This document shows positions 19,621-27,899 of a DNA stretch of 49,828 nt, piece after piece. Both the position numbers and the translations under genes were made by a program. The notes below the pieces were generated by a model. That model searched no databases and was not told the DNA's origin. It saw only the letters and a program-made list of their open reading frames with translations. Within the stretch, counting starts at the first letter, position 1. Every line of letters starts with the position of its first letter. The DNA lies in assembly GCA_025929405.1 (NCBI GenBank), contig JAICMD010000001.1:1-49828 (forward strand). The letters run 5' to 3'. This DNA is from Mucilaginibacter sp. (GTDB taxonomy: Bacteria > Bacteroidota > Bacteroidia > Sphingobacteriales > Sphingobacteriaceae).

Positions 19621-19666
19621 TTGCAGCAATACAGATTTATGTAATTACATAAATACAGGAATATGC
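19619..19666. repeat. 8-bp periodic repeat array 3
   Basis: aattgcag caatacag atttatgt aattacat aaatacag gaatatgc. Confidence 0.6.
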
Positions 19667-19685
19667 AAAACCATATTGAAATGCA

Positions 19686-19958
19686 ATGGAAGATTATAAA
19701 AAGAAATTGGGGGGGCTTGCTGACAAGCTAAAACAGGACCCGCCTAAGACGCCCATTCAGGAAGTTCACCCGGTTAAGGATGTTGAAGAACCAAAAGAAG
19801 CGGAAGCGCAGCTTAACGTATGGATACCTAAAAGCCTTCTTAAAACAATGAAAGGCTATGGGATTGAACACGATCTTTCATTAAAGGATATCAACATCCT
19901 GGCATTGCAATCATTCCTTAAAGGAAACTTGAAAACGTCTGTTGAAAAGCAATCATAA
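19686..19958 (+). CDS. Small ParA partner, probable ribbon-helix-helix (ParG-like) DNA-binding protein
   Basis: Disordered N-terminus, then AQLNVWIPKSLLKTMK...SLKDINILALQSFL strand-helix-helix pattern; follows parA. Confidence 0.7.
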   Translation: MEDYKKKLGGLADKLKQDPPKTPIQEVHPVKDVEEPKEAEAQLNVWIPKSLLKTMKGYGIEHDLSLKDINILALQSFLKGNLKTSVEKQS

Positions 19959-20033
19959 ACAAGTATCAGCCATATTGGAGTTTGTTAAGTCTTTAGACAT
20001 GCGAGGATTTAAACTGCTGTCTTTTTGCAGTTA

Positions 20034-20068
20034 GCAAGATGTACGTTTGTACCACAAACGAATCTTGC
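20034..20068. promoter_or_regulatory. Putative oriT
   Basis: Nested inverted repeat gcaagat..cgtttgt-acc-acaaacg..atcttgc immediately upstream of the mob operon. Confidence 0.6.
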
Positions 20069-20138
20069 CCTTCCTCCAAAGTCGTCAGGGAATAGCTATC
20101 AAACGCTCCGAAGTCGGTTTGATCGAAAGAAAAATCCT

Positions 20139-20549
20139 ATGGGAGAGACACAGGAAAACAGATCGAAATGGGTTAAAATCAGGCTAAAGCCCACTGAACA
20201 AACCCTAATCGAAAGACGCTATAAGAAAACAACATTTCAGTGTATGAGCGAATATGCCCGCGCCCTTTTATTAGGAAAGCCGGTCACGATTGTAAACCGG
20301 GATAAATCCTTAGATGATCTTTTGGAAGAGTTGATGTTGTTGCGAAAGGAGCTTAACGCTATCGGCAATAACCTGAACCAGGCGGTACGAAATATTAATA
20401 GCGCGCACGGAGCTGCAGACAACCGGTTATGGGAAAATCTATTACTGGTAGTCAATAATAAACTCGAACCTTCGGTTACCGAGATCAAAGATCGCATAAA
20501 TACCTACGCTACATTATGGTCGCAAAAATTGAAAGCGGGAAAAGTATAA
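20139..20549 (+). CDS. mobA: Relaxosome accessory protein (Pfam MobC-type; MobA in CTn nomenclature)
   Basis: RSKWVKIRL..MSEYARALLL, ELNAIGNNLNQAVR; ATG at 20139 preferred over TTG 20025. Confidence 0.85.
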   Translation: MGETQENRSKWVKIRLKPTEQTLIERRYKKTTFQCMSEYARALLLGKPVTIVNRDKSLDDLLEELMLLRKELNAIGNNLNQAVRNINSAHGAADNRLWENLLLVVNNKLEPSVTEIKDRINTYATLWSQKLKAGKV

Positions 20550-21751
20550 TTGGCGCTTTGAATTATAATGAGCGCAAGGTTAAAGCGGGAAAAGCCAAAT
20601 TGATCATGGCGCAGCTATATCCAAAAGAGAGCCGGTTCCTGAACTTTGATGATAAGCTATTTCGCTTAACTGATCTTGCTGCGCGAAATGCAAGAGCTAA
20701 AACGAACACGGTTCACCTATCGTTGAACTTTGACCTTACTGAAAATTTGAATGAAGAAAAGCTTTGTCAAATAGCCGAGGCTTACATGGAAAAAATAGGT
20801 TTCGGCCAGCAACCGTTTCTGGCCTACCAGCATTTTGATGCCGGTCATAACCACATTCACATTCTCACCACCAACATCGATGCCGATGGAACAAGGATCA
20901 GTTTACATAACATTGGCAAACTCAAATCTGAGCCTGCCAGAAAAGCCATTGAACAAGAATATGGCTTAGTAAAAGCAGAAGATCAGGCCATGTCAATCGC
21001 CAATCAAAAAAATGCAAAGCCATTAATTTATGGTGCGACCGATACAAAGAGAGCAATTAGCAACATCGTAAGTCATGTTTCCCAGGCTTACAAATTTACC
21101 AGTCTTGCCGAGTTCAACGCGGTTTTGGCAGGATATAATGTTGTTGCGGATCGCGGGCCAAAGGCAACGGTGATGTTTGAACACGGTGGTTTACGTTATT
21201 GGGCGTTGGATGATCAAGGGAACAAAACAGGAGTCCCGCAAAAAGCAAGTACGCTCTATAAAAAACCTACGTTGAAATTATTAGGTGAGCGATTTAAGCT
21301 AAACGAATATTTAAGGAAGCCTTTTAAAAATAGTATATCGAATATCATTGACGGTGCTATTTCGCAGGTACGATCACATCAGGAACTAAAAGCGCTATTA
21401 AAAAACAAGGCAATCGACCTCATAATCCGTCAGAATGCGGAGGGCAGGATCTATGGATTGACGTTTATCGATCAAAACAATAAAGTTGTTTTCAATGGCA
21501 GCGACTTAGGTAAAACGTACAGCGCTGCAGCAATTGAGGCGCGATATGGTCAAGAACATCTCATACTGATGAGTGAAGAAAAAACGTCAATTGAGCATCA
21601 CGCTTCCACTCATAAAATTCTTACACCTTCAGAGAATCAACAAGTCACTATTGACCTTTTGGGTAATCTGCTAAGCCCAACGGAAGGAGCAAATAATCAA
21701 AGTCTATTTGATCGGCAAAAAAAGAAAAAACGCAGGCGTCTAAAACTTTAA
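20516..21751 (+). CDS. mobB: Relaxase / mobilisation nuclease
   Basis: MVAKI...ALNYNERKV, HLSLNF, YQHFDAGHNHIHILTT (HUH), GRIYGLTFID..VFNGSDLGK.YSA. Confidence 0.93.
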   Translation: MVAKIESGKSIIGALNYNERKVKAGKAKLIMAQLYPKESRFLNFDDKLFRLTDLAARNARAKTNTVHLSLNFDLTENLNEEKLCQIAEAYMEKIGFGQQPFLAYQHFDAGHNHIHILTTNIDADGTRISLHNIGKLKSEPARKAIEQEYGLVKAEDQAMSIANQKNAKPLIYGATDTKRAISNIVSHVSQAYKFTSLAEFNAVLAGYNVVADRGPKATVMFEHGGLRYWALDDQGNKTGVPQKASTLYKKPTLKLLGERFKLNEYLRKPFKNSISNIIDGAISQVRSHQELKALLKNKAIDLIIRQNAEGRIYGLTFIDQNNKVVFNGSDLGKTYSAAAIEARYGQEHLILMSEEKTSIEHHASTHKILTPSENQQVTIDLLGNLLSPTEGANNQSLFDRQKKKKRRRLKL

Positions 21752-21762
21752 AAACTAAGATC

Positions 21763-23703
21763 ATGCAAACTGGAGAAAACGAACAAGCGCTCAGGAAGAT
21801 TATGGACTTCACCAGGTTTTTAGCTGTGGCAATCCTCATCCTGCATTTTTATTTCAGCTGCTATGCGGCATTTCTGGAACTGCACCTTACCCACAAGGTG
21901 ACCGACCATATTTTGCTCAACATTTTCAAATTCCGCCTATTTAGAAACGGGCTGCTCTCCAAAGCCGTTGCGCTGGCATTGCTCATCGTTTCTCTAATTG
22001 GAACCAAGGGCAAAAAAGATGAAAAGATCACATGGAAAAGAAATCTTGTCTATGCAGGATTAGGACTGACTATATATTTTTTAAGCGGTTTGTTATTTCA
22101 TTTAACGCTTTCGACTTTGTCCACAGCCACGTTCTACATCGCATTGACTTCAACCGGTTTTCTATTGTTTCTATCCGGAATCAGTAAAATGTTCCGTATC
22201 ATAAATATCAAACTCACCTATGATGTTTTCAATTCAGAAAACGAAACATTCCCGCAGGAAGAACGGAAACTGGAGAATGAATACTCGGTTAATCTTCCTG
22301 CTCAATATAATTATAAAGACAAGCTCCGGAATAGCTGGATCAATGTGATCAATCCTTTCCGCGGCTCATTGGTGTTAGGTACACCAGGCTCAGGTAAATC
22401 CTATTTCGTGATCCGGCATATTATCACCCAGCATATTAAAAAGGGGTTCAGCATGTTGATCTACGATTTCAAGTTTGATGACCTGTCGGTCATCGCCTAT
22501 AATGCACTATTGAAGTATTCAGGAACCTATAAAAAGAAGCCAAGTATCTGGTTCATCGATTTTGATAACATCAAACATCGGTGCAATCCTTTGGACCCCG
22601 ACCGGATGGAGGATATTACCGATGCGATGGAATCAGCGCGAACTTTTATGCTTGGACTGAACCGGGAATGGATTAAAAAGCAAGGAGACTTTTTTGTTGA
22701 ATCGCCTATCAATTTTGTAACCGCCCTTTTCTGGTTTCTAAAGAAATATGAAGACGGAAGATATTGCACCTTGCCGCACGCCATCGAACTTGCCCAGGTC
22801 GATTACGAAAAACTGTTCGCACTGTTGCAAAAGGAGCCTGAAATCGAAGTTTTGATCAATCCATTTATTTCGGCCTGGCGGAATGAAGCTTACGATCAAT
22901 TGGAAGGGCAAGTCGCCAGTGCTAAGATCAGTATGGCAAGACTCGTTTCCCCAGCTTTATATTATGTCCTTTCCGGTAATGATTTTTCACTCGATCTAAA
23001 CAATCCCGATGGACCCAAGATCATCTGCCTGGGCAATAATCCGCTTAAACAACAAGTATATGGAGCAGTTCTCAGCTTATACATTTCACGCGCTATCAAA
23101 CTGGTGAACCAGAAAAATAAGCTAAAGAGTAACCTCATCTTTGACGAGTTCCCTACCATTTATTTTAACAACATAGATAGCCTGATCGCGACTGCGCGGA
23201 GCAATAAGGTGGCCACAACTTTGGCCGTACAGGATTACAGCCAGTTGAAAAAGGACTATGGGCGGGAGCAGGCAGAAGTGATCATGAATATTGTAGGCAA
23301 TATCATCTCAGGACAGGTCACCGGTGATACGGCTAAGCAGTTGAGTGAACGGTTTGGGAAGATCATGCAGGAGCGTCAGAGCGTATCGATCAATAGCCAG
23401 GATACCTCTGTAAGTAAGTCGACACAACTTGATTTTGCGATACCAGCCTCGAAAATTTCAACCTTATCATCTGGTGAATTCGTCGGATTGGTAGCTGATA
23501 ATCCTGATGAAAAGATTGACTTAAAAGTGTTTCATAATGCGATCGTCAATGACCACGATGCGTTAAAAGCTGAGGCTGATAATTACAAAGCTATACCTAT
23601 TATTAGAAACGTCGATAGTGATGTCCTTACTGCAAATTATTTTTCAATTAAAGCCGATATAGATAATATTATACAAAAGGAAATACCGGTCACAGAAGAA
23701 TAA
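21763..23703 (+). CDS. mobC: Type IV coupling protein (YWFCY-domain / TraG-VirD4-like conjugal transfer protein)
   Basis: HFYFSCY N-terminal motif, TM helices, GTPGSGKS Walker A, IFDEFPT, TARSNKV. Confidence 0.93.
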   Translation: MQTGENEQALRKIMDFTRFLAVAILILHFYFSCYAAFLELHLTHKVTDHILLNIFKFRLFRNGLLSKAVALALLIVSLIGTKGKKDEKITWKRNLVYAGLGLTIYFLSGLLFHLTLSTLSTATFYIALTSTGFLLFLSGISKMFRIINIKLTYDVFNSENETFPQEERKLENEYSVNLPAQYNYKDKLRNSWINVINPFRGSLVLGTPGSGKSYFVIRHIITQHIKKGFSMLIYDFKFDDLSVIAYNALLKYSGTYKKKPSIWFIDFDNIKHRCNPLDPDRMEDITDAMESARTFMLGLNREWIKKQGDFFVESPINFVTALFWFLKKYEDGRYCTLPHAIELAQVDYEKLFALLQKEPEIEVLINPFISAWRNEAYDQLEGQVASAKISMARLVSPALYYVLSGNDFSLDLNNPDGPKIICLGNNPLKQQVYGAVLSLYISRAIKLVNQKNKLKSNLIFDEFPTIYFNNIDSLIATARSNKVATTLAVQDYSQLKKDYGREQAEVIMNIVGNIISGQVTGDTAKQLSERFGKIMQERQSVSINSQDTSVSKSTQLDFAIPASKISTLSSGEFVGLVADNPDEKIDLKVFHNAIVNDHDALKAEADNYKAIPIIRNVDSDVLTANYFSIKADIDNIIQKEIPVTEE

Positions 23704-23908
23704 ATTAGTACAAGGTGGGGTGGTAAGCGGTAGTGAAACTTTTATGATATCTGAATAGATTCTTGAGTCAAAAAGAATCGAAATAGCTTGCCTGTAGGTT
23801 AATTAACAACTTTCATAATAGGAAATCCACATTAAACTTACTACCCCTTTTATACCTGTTTTTCGGTACAAATAAACGTTTTCTTTGATCTGACTTTTGA
23901 ATCCAACC

Positions 23909-24349
23909 ATGAAAAAAGACATACTCAAAGAAATATGCGCAGCATTGATAGTAGTGTTATTTGTCTATACCGCAGTTAGCAAAGTGCTGGACATAAACCG
24001 TTTTATTTCAACCATGAGTGTAAGTCCGTTTCCATTCATGAGGATTTTTGCACCTGCTTTAGGATGGATTATACCAATCGTTGAAATAGCAATTGCATTT
24101 TTTATAATCAGCTCAAAGTTTCAACGGATCGGTTTTATTGCGTCGATAATTCTATTGCTTTTGTTTGAAATTTATATAGGATCATTACTGCTTTCAGGTC
24201 TTCATTTACCTTGCTCATGCGGTGGTGTGGTATCTAAACTGTCTTGGAAACAACATTTAGTCTTTAACCTGCTTTTTATTGTCATAAGTATTATTCCTCT
24301 TTACCTCGAAAAGCACAACCGAAGTATTGGTAACACAATGACAACATAA
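23909..24349 (+). CDS. MauE/DoxX family redox-associated membrane protein
   Basis: LFVYTAVSKVLD, IPIVEIAIA, HLPCSCGGVVSKLSWKQHLVFN; four TM helices. Confidence 0.88.
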   Translation: MKKDILKEICAALIVVLFVYTAVSKVLDINRFISTMSVSPFPFMRIFAPALGWIIPIVEIAIAFFIISSKFQRIGFIASIILLLLFEIYIGSLLLSGLHLPCSCGGVVSKLSWKQHLVFNLLFIVISIIPLYLEKHNRSIGNTMTT

Positions 24350-24431
24350 ACATAAAAATCTTTCGCGCGGAAACAGGTGAACCGTTACCTGTCTACAAAA
24401 CGGATTTTATTTATTATTTAAATTTAAAATC

Positions 24432-24746
24432 ATGAAAAACTTTAAAATGGGCTTGATGGCTTTAGCCCTAACATTTGCTATTGGATCAGCGTTTACTACT
24501 AAAGCAACTGCACACAAAAAAGCATTTGCCGGGCTGTTTTGGTATCAGGTAGATGCAAGCCAAAAAACTGTTGGCTCACCTATTTACAGCAACGATACAA
24601 AGGCGCAAGCGCTAGCCGAGCCGACCCAAGATTGTGATGATGCATCAGCAGTAATGTGTCAATTTGGCTCCACCAATGGAAGCCTGCCTACTGGTACATC
24701 TGCAGCTGGCGCTGATAGTGATCACAGAATTAACACACAAAACTAA
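24432..24746 (+). CDS. Small secreted 2-Cys protein, copy 1 (DUF6520-like)
   Basis: Signal peptide ...AIGSAFTT, WY motif, CDDASAVMC; paralogue of the next gene. Confidence 0.8.
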   Translation: MKNFKMGLMALALTFAIGSAFTTKATAHKKAFAGLFWYQVDASQKTVGSPIYSNDTKAQALAEPTQDCDDASAVMCQFGSTNGSLPTGTSAAGADSDHRINTQN

Positions 24747-24754
24747 TTCTAATA

Positions 24755-24783
24755 GAAAGTAGACGATAACCTCGTCTACTTTC
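24755..24783 (+). terminator. Hairpin between the two paralogues
   Basis: gaaagtagacga-taacc-tcgtctactttc 12-bp stem. Confidence 0.65.
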
Positions 24784-24827
24784 CCTCTTCTAATTAACTC
24801 AATGGGATTAATATTTAAAATCACAAT

Positions 24828-25145
24828 ATGAAAAGTATAAATATTGGCCTTGTTACCCTAGCCCTTGTAACAGGAATTGGAACGTCTTTAATTAGCGAAG
24901 CGACAGCCAATGAAAAACAATTCGTTGGATTGTATTGGTACCTCGTTGATCAAAATCAAAAAACTATTGGTTCACCGGTGTACAGCAATGAGACAAAGGC
25001 GCAAATTTTGGCAGAACCGGCCGGGGTTTGTGATGACTCCGGTATTCAGATATGTATGTTTGGTTCCACAAGTAACAATCTACCAACAGGTACCTCTGCT
25101 GCTGGAGCTGATTCTGATCATAGAATCAATGATCCAGCGCAATAA
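24828..25145 (+). CDS. Small secreted 2-Cys protein, copy 2 (DUF6520-like)
   Basis: Signal peptide, WY motif, CDDSGIQIC, identical LPTGTSAAGADSDHRIN tail. Confidence 0.8.
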   Translation: MKSINIGLVTLALVTGIGTSLISEATANEKQFVGLYWYLVDQNQKTIGSPVYSNETKAQILAEPAGVCDDSGIQICMFGSTSNNLPTGTSAAGADSDHRINDPAQ

Positions 25146-25186
25146 GTAAATTAAGAGTTGACCATAGAGCAGGCTGCTCTCAACTT

Positions 25187-26497
25187 CTAATTATTTTCAC
25201 TCAATACAAGAACATCAATTAATTTTTGCTTACTTATTAGTTTTAAGTGGTACTTTTTCAATACCACTTGCCAATCATTAAGATTTCTTTTATCAAGAAC
25301 ACTGCCGTTTACCTCCATATCAACATTGCCTTCTATACCTGTTTCGTCAAAAAACGGCTTTTTCAGTCCATATTCAGCCAGGTCCCTTATAATATTACTG
25401 AAATATTTGAACGGTTGATTTTTTAGAGATCTTATTTTTGCTGTTTCGGTGGAATGGATATCAATCATTCTATAAAAATTATTGAACGTTGATCCTCCTT
25501 TAGTCTTTACAATATCAGTGTCCCCAATAGCAACTAGTACGTAAGATTCAACCATTCTTTTTTCAACTTTTGACGCTAACTGAAAGAAGTTGTCCAAATC
25601 TTCCCTCATCTTTTGATACATATTACCAGTAAAGTTGTCGGGTTCAATTAGTTGATAAGCATAGTAATTTTTTTCGGCCCATGTAAGATATTCATTTCGA
25701 TGAAATGATGGATTTTCTAAGTACTGGCTGGTGTCCCTGACGTTGAGAATAATGCGACCTGGAGAATAAATGTCAAGAAATTTATGGGCTGAATCGCTAA
25801 ATGCTCGCTGATATAGAAAACTTATTGAACCTCTCTCGGCGAGTTGCTTCCTTGTAGAATTTAGTTCTGTTTGCATATATAGAGAATCTGATCGAAAGCG
25901 GGTAATTGTGGACGAATATGCAACCAAATCTTTCCAACGGCTATCGAATAAACTGGTATAGATATTTTTTGTAGCCTTTCTATAGTCAGCTCTCCCGCTT
26001 TTCAGAGTATTATCAATATTTTTTCGCGTTAAATCCGAGGGGTCCCCATGAAGCAACACTTTGCCAGAAGGCGAAATCCAGACCTGGAAAGGAACGCCGG
26101 TATGAGGAAAAACTGTATCCATAAATTTTGCACCGCCGATAAACGGAAGGTTTGGTTTAAAGACATGAATATATTTTTTGAAATAAGATTGCATTTCGCG
26201 CCTACTAATCGCCGCGATTGTTAAAATTTGAATACGGCCTTCATATTCTTTTTGTAAAGAATCTAAAAAAGGGAACGCCTTTAAGCATGGGGCACAATAT
26301 GTGCCCCAAAAATCAAGGATGACTAATTTTCCTTTATAATCGCTTAGGTGAATTACCTTTTGATTAGAATTATAAATATCTGTGAAAGTAAAATCCGGAA
26401 CCTGTTCCCCTGCCTTTATTTCCTTATATTGCGCGTGTGCGTTGGGCAGTATAACTATCGTTAATATAGTTGTAATGAGTGTAAAAAATTTCATCAT
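25187..26497 (-). CDS. TlpA-family thiol-disulfide oxidoreductase with large C-terminal domain (DUF3738-like)
   Basis: Signal peptide, LSDYKGKLVILDFWGTYCAPC, GVPFQVWI; C-terminal PFFDETGIEGNVD and IDVLVLSE. Confidence 0.85.
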   Translation of the reverse strand: MMKFFTLITTILTIVILPNAHAQYKEIKAGEQVPDFTFTDIYNSNQKVIHLSDYKGKLVILDFWGTYCAPCLKAFPFLDSLQKEYEGRIQILTIAAISRREMQSYFKKYIHVFKPNLPFIGGAKFMDTVFPHTGVPFQVWISPSGKVLLHGDPSDLTRKNIDNTLKSGRADYRKATKNIYTSLFDSRWKDLVAYSSTITRFRSDSLYMQTELNSTRKQLAERGSISFLYQRAFSDSAHKFLDIYSPGRIILNVRDTSQYLENPSFHRNEYLTWAEKNYYAYQLIEPDNFTGNMYQKMREDLDNFFQLASKVEKRMVESYVLVAIGDTDIVKTKGGSTFNNFYRMIDIHSTETAKIRSLKNQPFKYFSNIIRDLAEYGLKKPFFDETGIEGNVDMEVNGSVLDKRNLNDWQVVLKKYHLKLISKQKLIDVLVLSENN

Positions 26498-26514
26498 TAT
26501 AATAAGTTTATTTA

Positions 26515-27888
26515 TTAATAAGAAGGATTCTGAATGAGATTACTATTGTAAATAATCTGTTGATTAGGAATTGGAAGCAAAGCTTTATAAGCCTGCCAAT
26601 TATTTTTTTCTACCGATAGGACAGCATCAATCAAACCTGACCGCTTAAGGTCGAACCATCGATGACCCCATTCTGCGAATAGTTCAACTCGCCTCTCTTG
26701 ATATACGGCACTAATAACTTGCGATTGAGATAGCGATGTCGCTAAAGGCGCTAATCCTGCCCGAGTACGGATTAAATTAATATCTCCAATAGCTTGCGGT
26801 AGCTGGTTGAGGTTCGCCTCAGCTTCTGCCCGTATAAGGTATTGTTCGGCCAGCCTCATTACGACATCATATTCGGTAATCGAAGTGGTTGTTCGGTTTT
26901 TAAATTTTGAAGGGAAATAATATTGAGTGCCCGAAACAGTGTTGCTACCTAACCAAGATGCTTTACGTTTATCGCCGACTTCGAAGGAGTTCAACAAAAA
27001 TGTATTTATGGCAAAAGCTGGCTTCACTGTGCTGGTGGCCGGAATGAATGTTGATCCCTCTGCAGAGTTTCTGGTTTCACTGGGACTGGCGATTTCCCAT
27101 ATCGTTTCTTGGCTATTAATTGTAAAAACTTTTGTTAGATCATTAACCAGATTATAGGTATTAGAATTGATAACTGAAGATGCTTGTGTCAGAGCATTTG
27201 TCCAATCCTTTTGGTACAAGTAGACTCTTGATAAAAGGGCAGTTGCTACCATTGCATTAGGCCGAGATTTGCCCTGACTCGGATAGGCATTCCCCATTAA
27301 AACCTGTGCATTTACAAGATCAGAAACGATCTGTTTGTAAACTATTGTAACCGGAGTCCTCGGCAACATACTAGCCACCTGATAATCTTTGGTCAAAATC
27401 AATGGAACGTCACCATAAAGATTTATTAGGTAGAAGTAGGTTAATGCCCTTATTAATTTAACCTCGCCTAATAACTGATTTTTAACATTCGAACTTACTC
27501 CATTGGAGTTGTTAAGTCCATCTATAATTGCGTTTGTGCGATAGATAACATTATATGGAGATGACCAAAAAATGCCGCTGATAGTACCGTTTGTCGAAGG
27601 GATCAGGTTTTGATAGAAGGGGTCGTAATTGGTACTTACAGAAGTGTTATAAATGTCGTCAGCGGAAAGTCCGCCATAAATGCTCAAACCGCCGTTGAAC
27701 ATTGACGGAGTTGCAGTTCGAAGTTGTACATAGACACCATCAACAGCAGATAGGGCTGTATTATCATTGCTGAATACCGCATCTGATGTTATCAGTTGGT
27801 TAGATGGGCTAATTGATACGAACTTTTTACAGGCGCAAATCGAAAAGGCGACCCATAGTCCGAATACTATTTTTAGTCTTAATTTCAT
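26515..27888 (-). CDS. RagB/SusD family outer-membrane lipoprotein
   Basis: Lipobox ICAC, YFYLINLYGDVPL, MRLAEQYLIRAEA, ERRVELFAEWGHRWFDLKR, QNPSY. Confidence 0.95.
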   Translation of the reverse strand: MKLRLKIVFGLWVAFSICACKKFVSISPSNQLITSDAVFSNDNTALSAVDGVYVQLRTATPSMFNGGLSIYGGLSADDIYNTSVSTNYDPFYQNLIPSTNGTISGIFWSSPYNVIYRTNAIIDGLNNSNGVSSNVKNQLLGEVKLIRALTYFYLINLYGDVPLILTKDYQVASMLPRTPVTIVYKQIVSDLVNAQVLMGNAYPSQGKSRPNAMVATALLSRVYLYQKDWTNALTQASSVINSNTYNLVNDLTKVFTINSQETIWEIASPSETRNSAEGSTFIPATSTVKPAFAINTFLLNSFEVGDKRKASWLGSNTVSGTQYYFPSKFKNRTTTSITEYDVVMRLAEQYLIRAEAEANLNQLPQAIGDINLIRTRAGLAPLATSLSQSQVISAVYQERRVELFAEWGHRWFDLKRSGLIDAVLSVEKNNWQAYKALLPIPNQQIIYNSNLIQNPSY

Positions 27889-27899
27889 ATTACATTATA

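Noticed and set aside
17977-19666. CRISPR array or replication iterons
   Set aside because: Units are contiguous degenerate 8-mers with no spacers; no cas or rep gene is visible.
20025-20138. N-terminal extension of the relaxosome accessory ORF
   Set aside because: It overlaps the putative oriT; ATG 20139 gives a typical protein.
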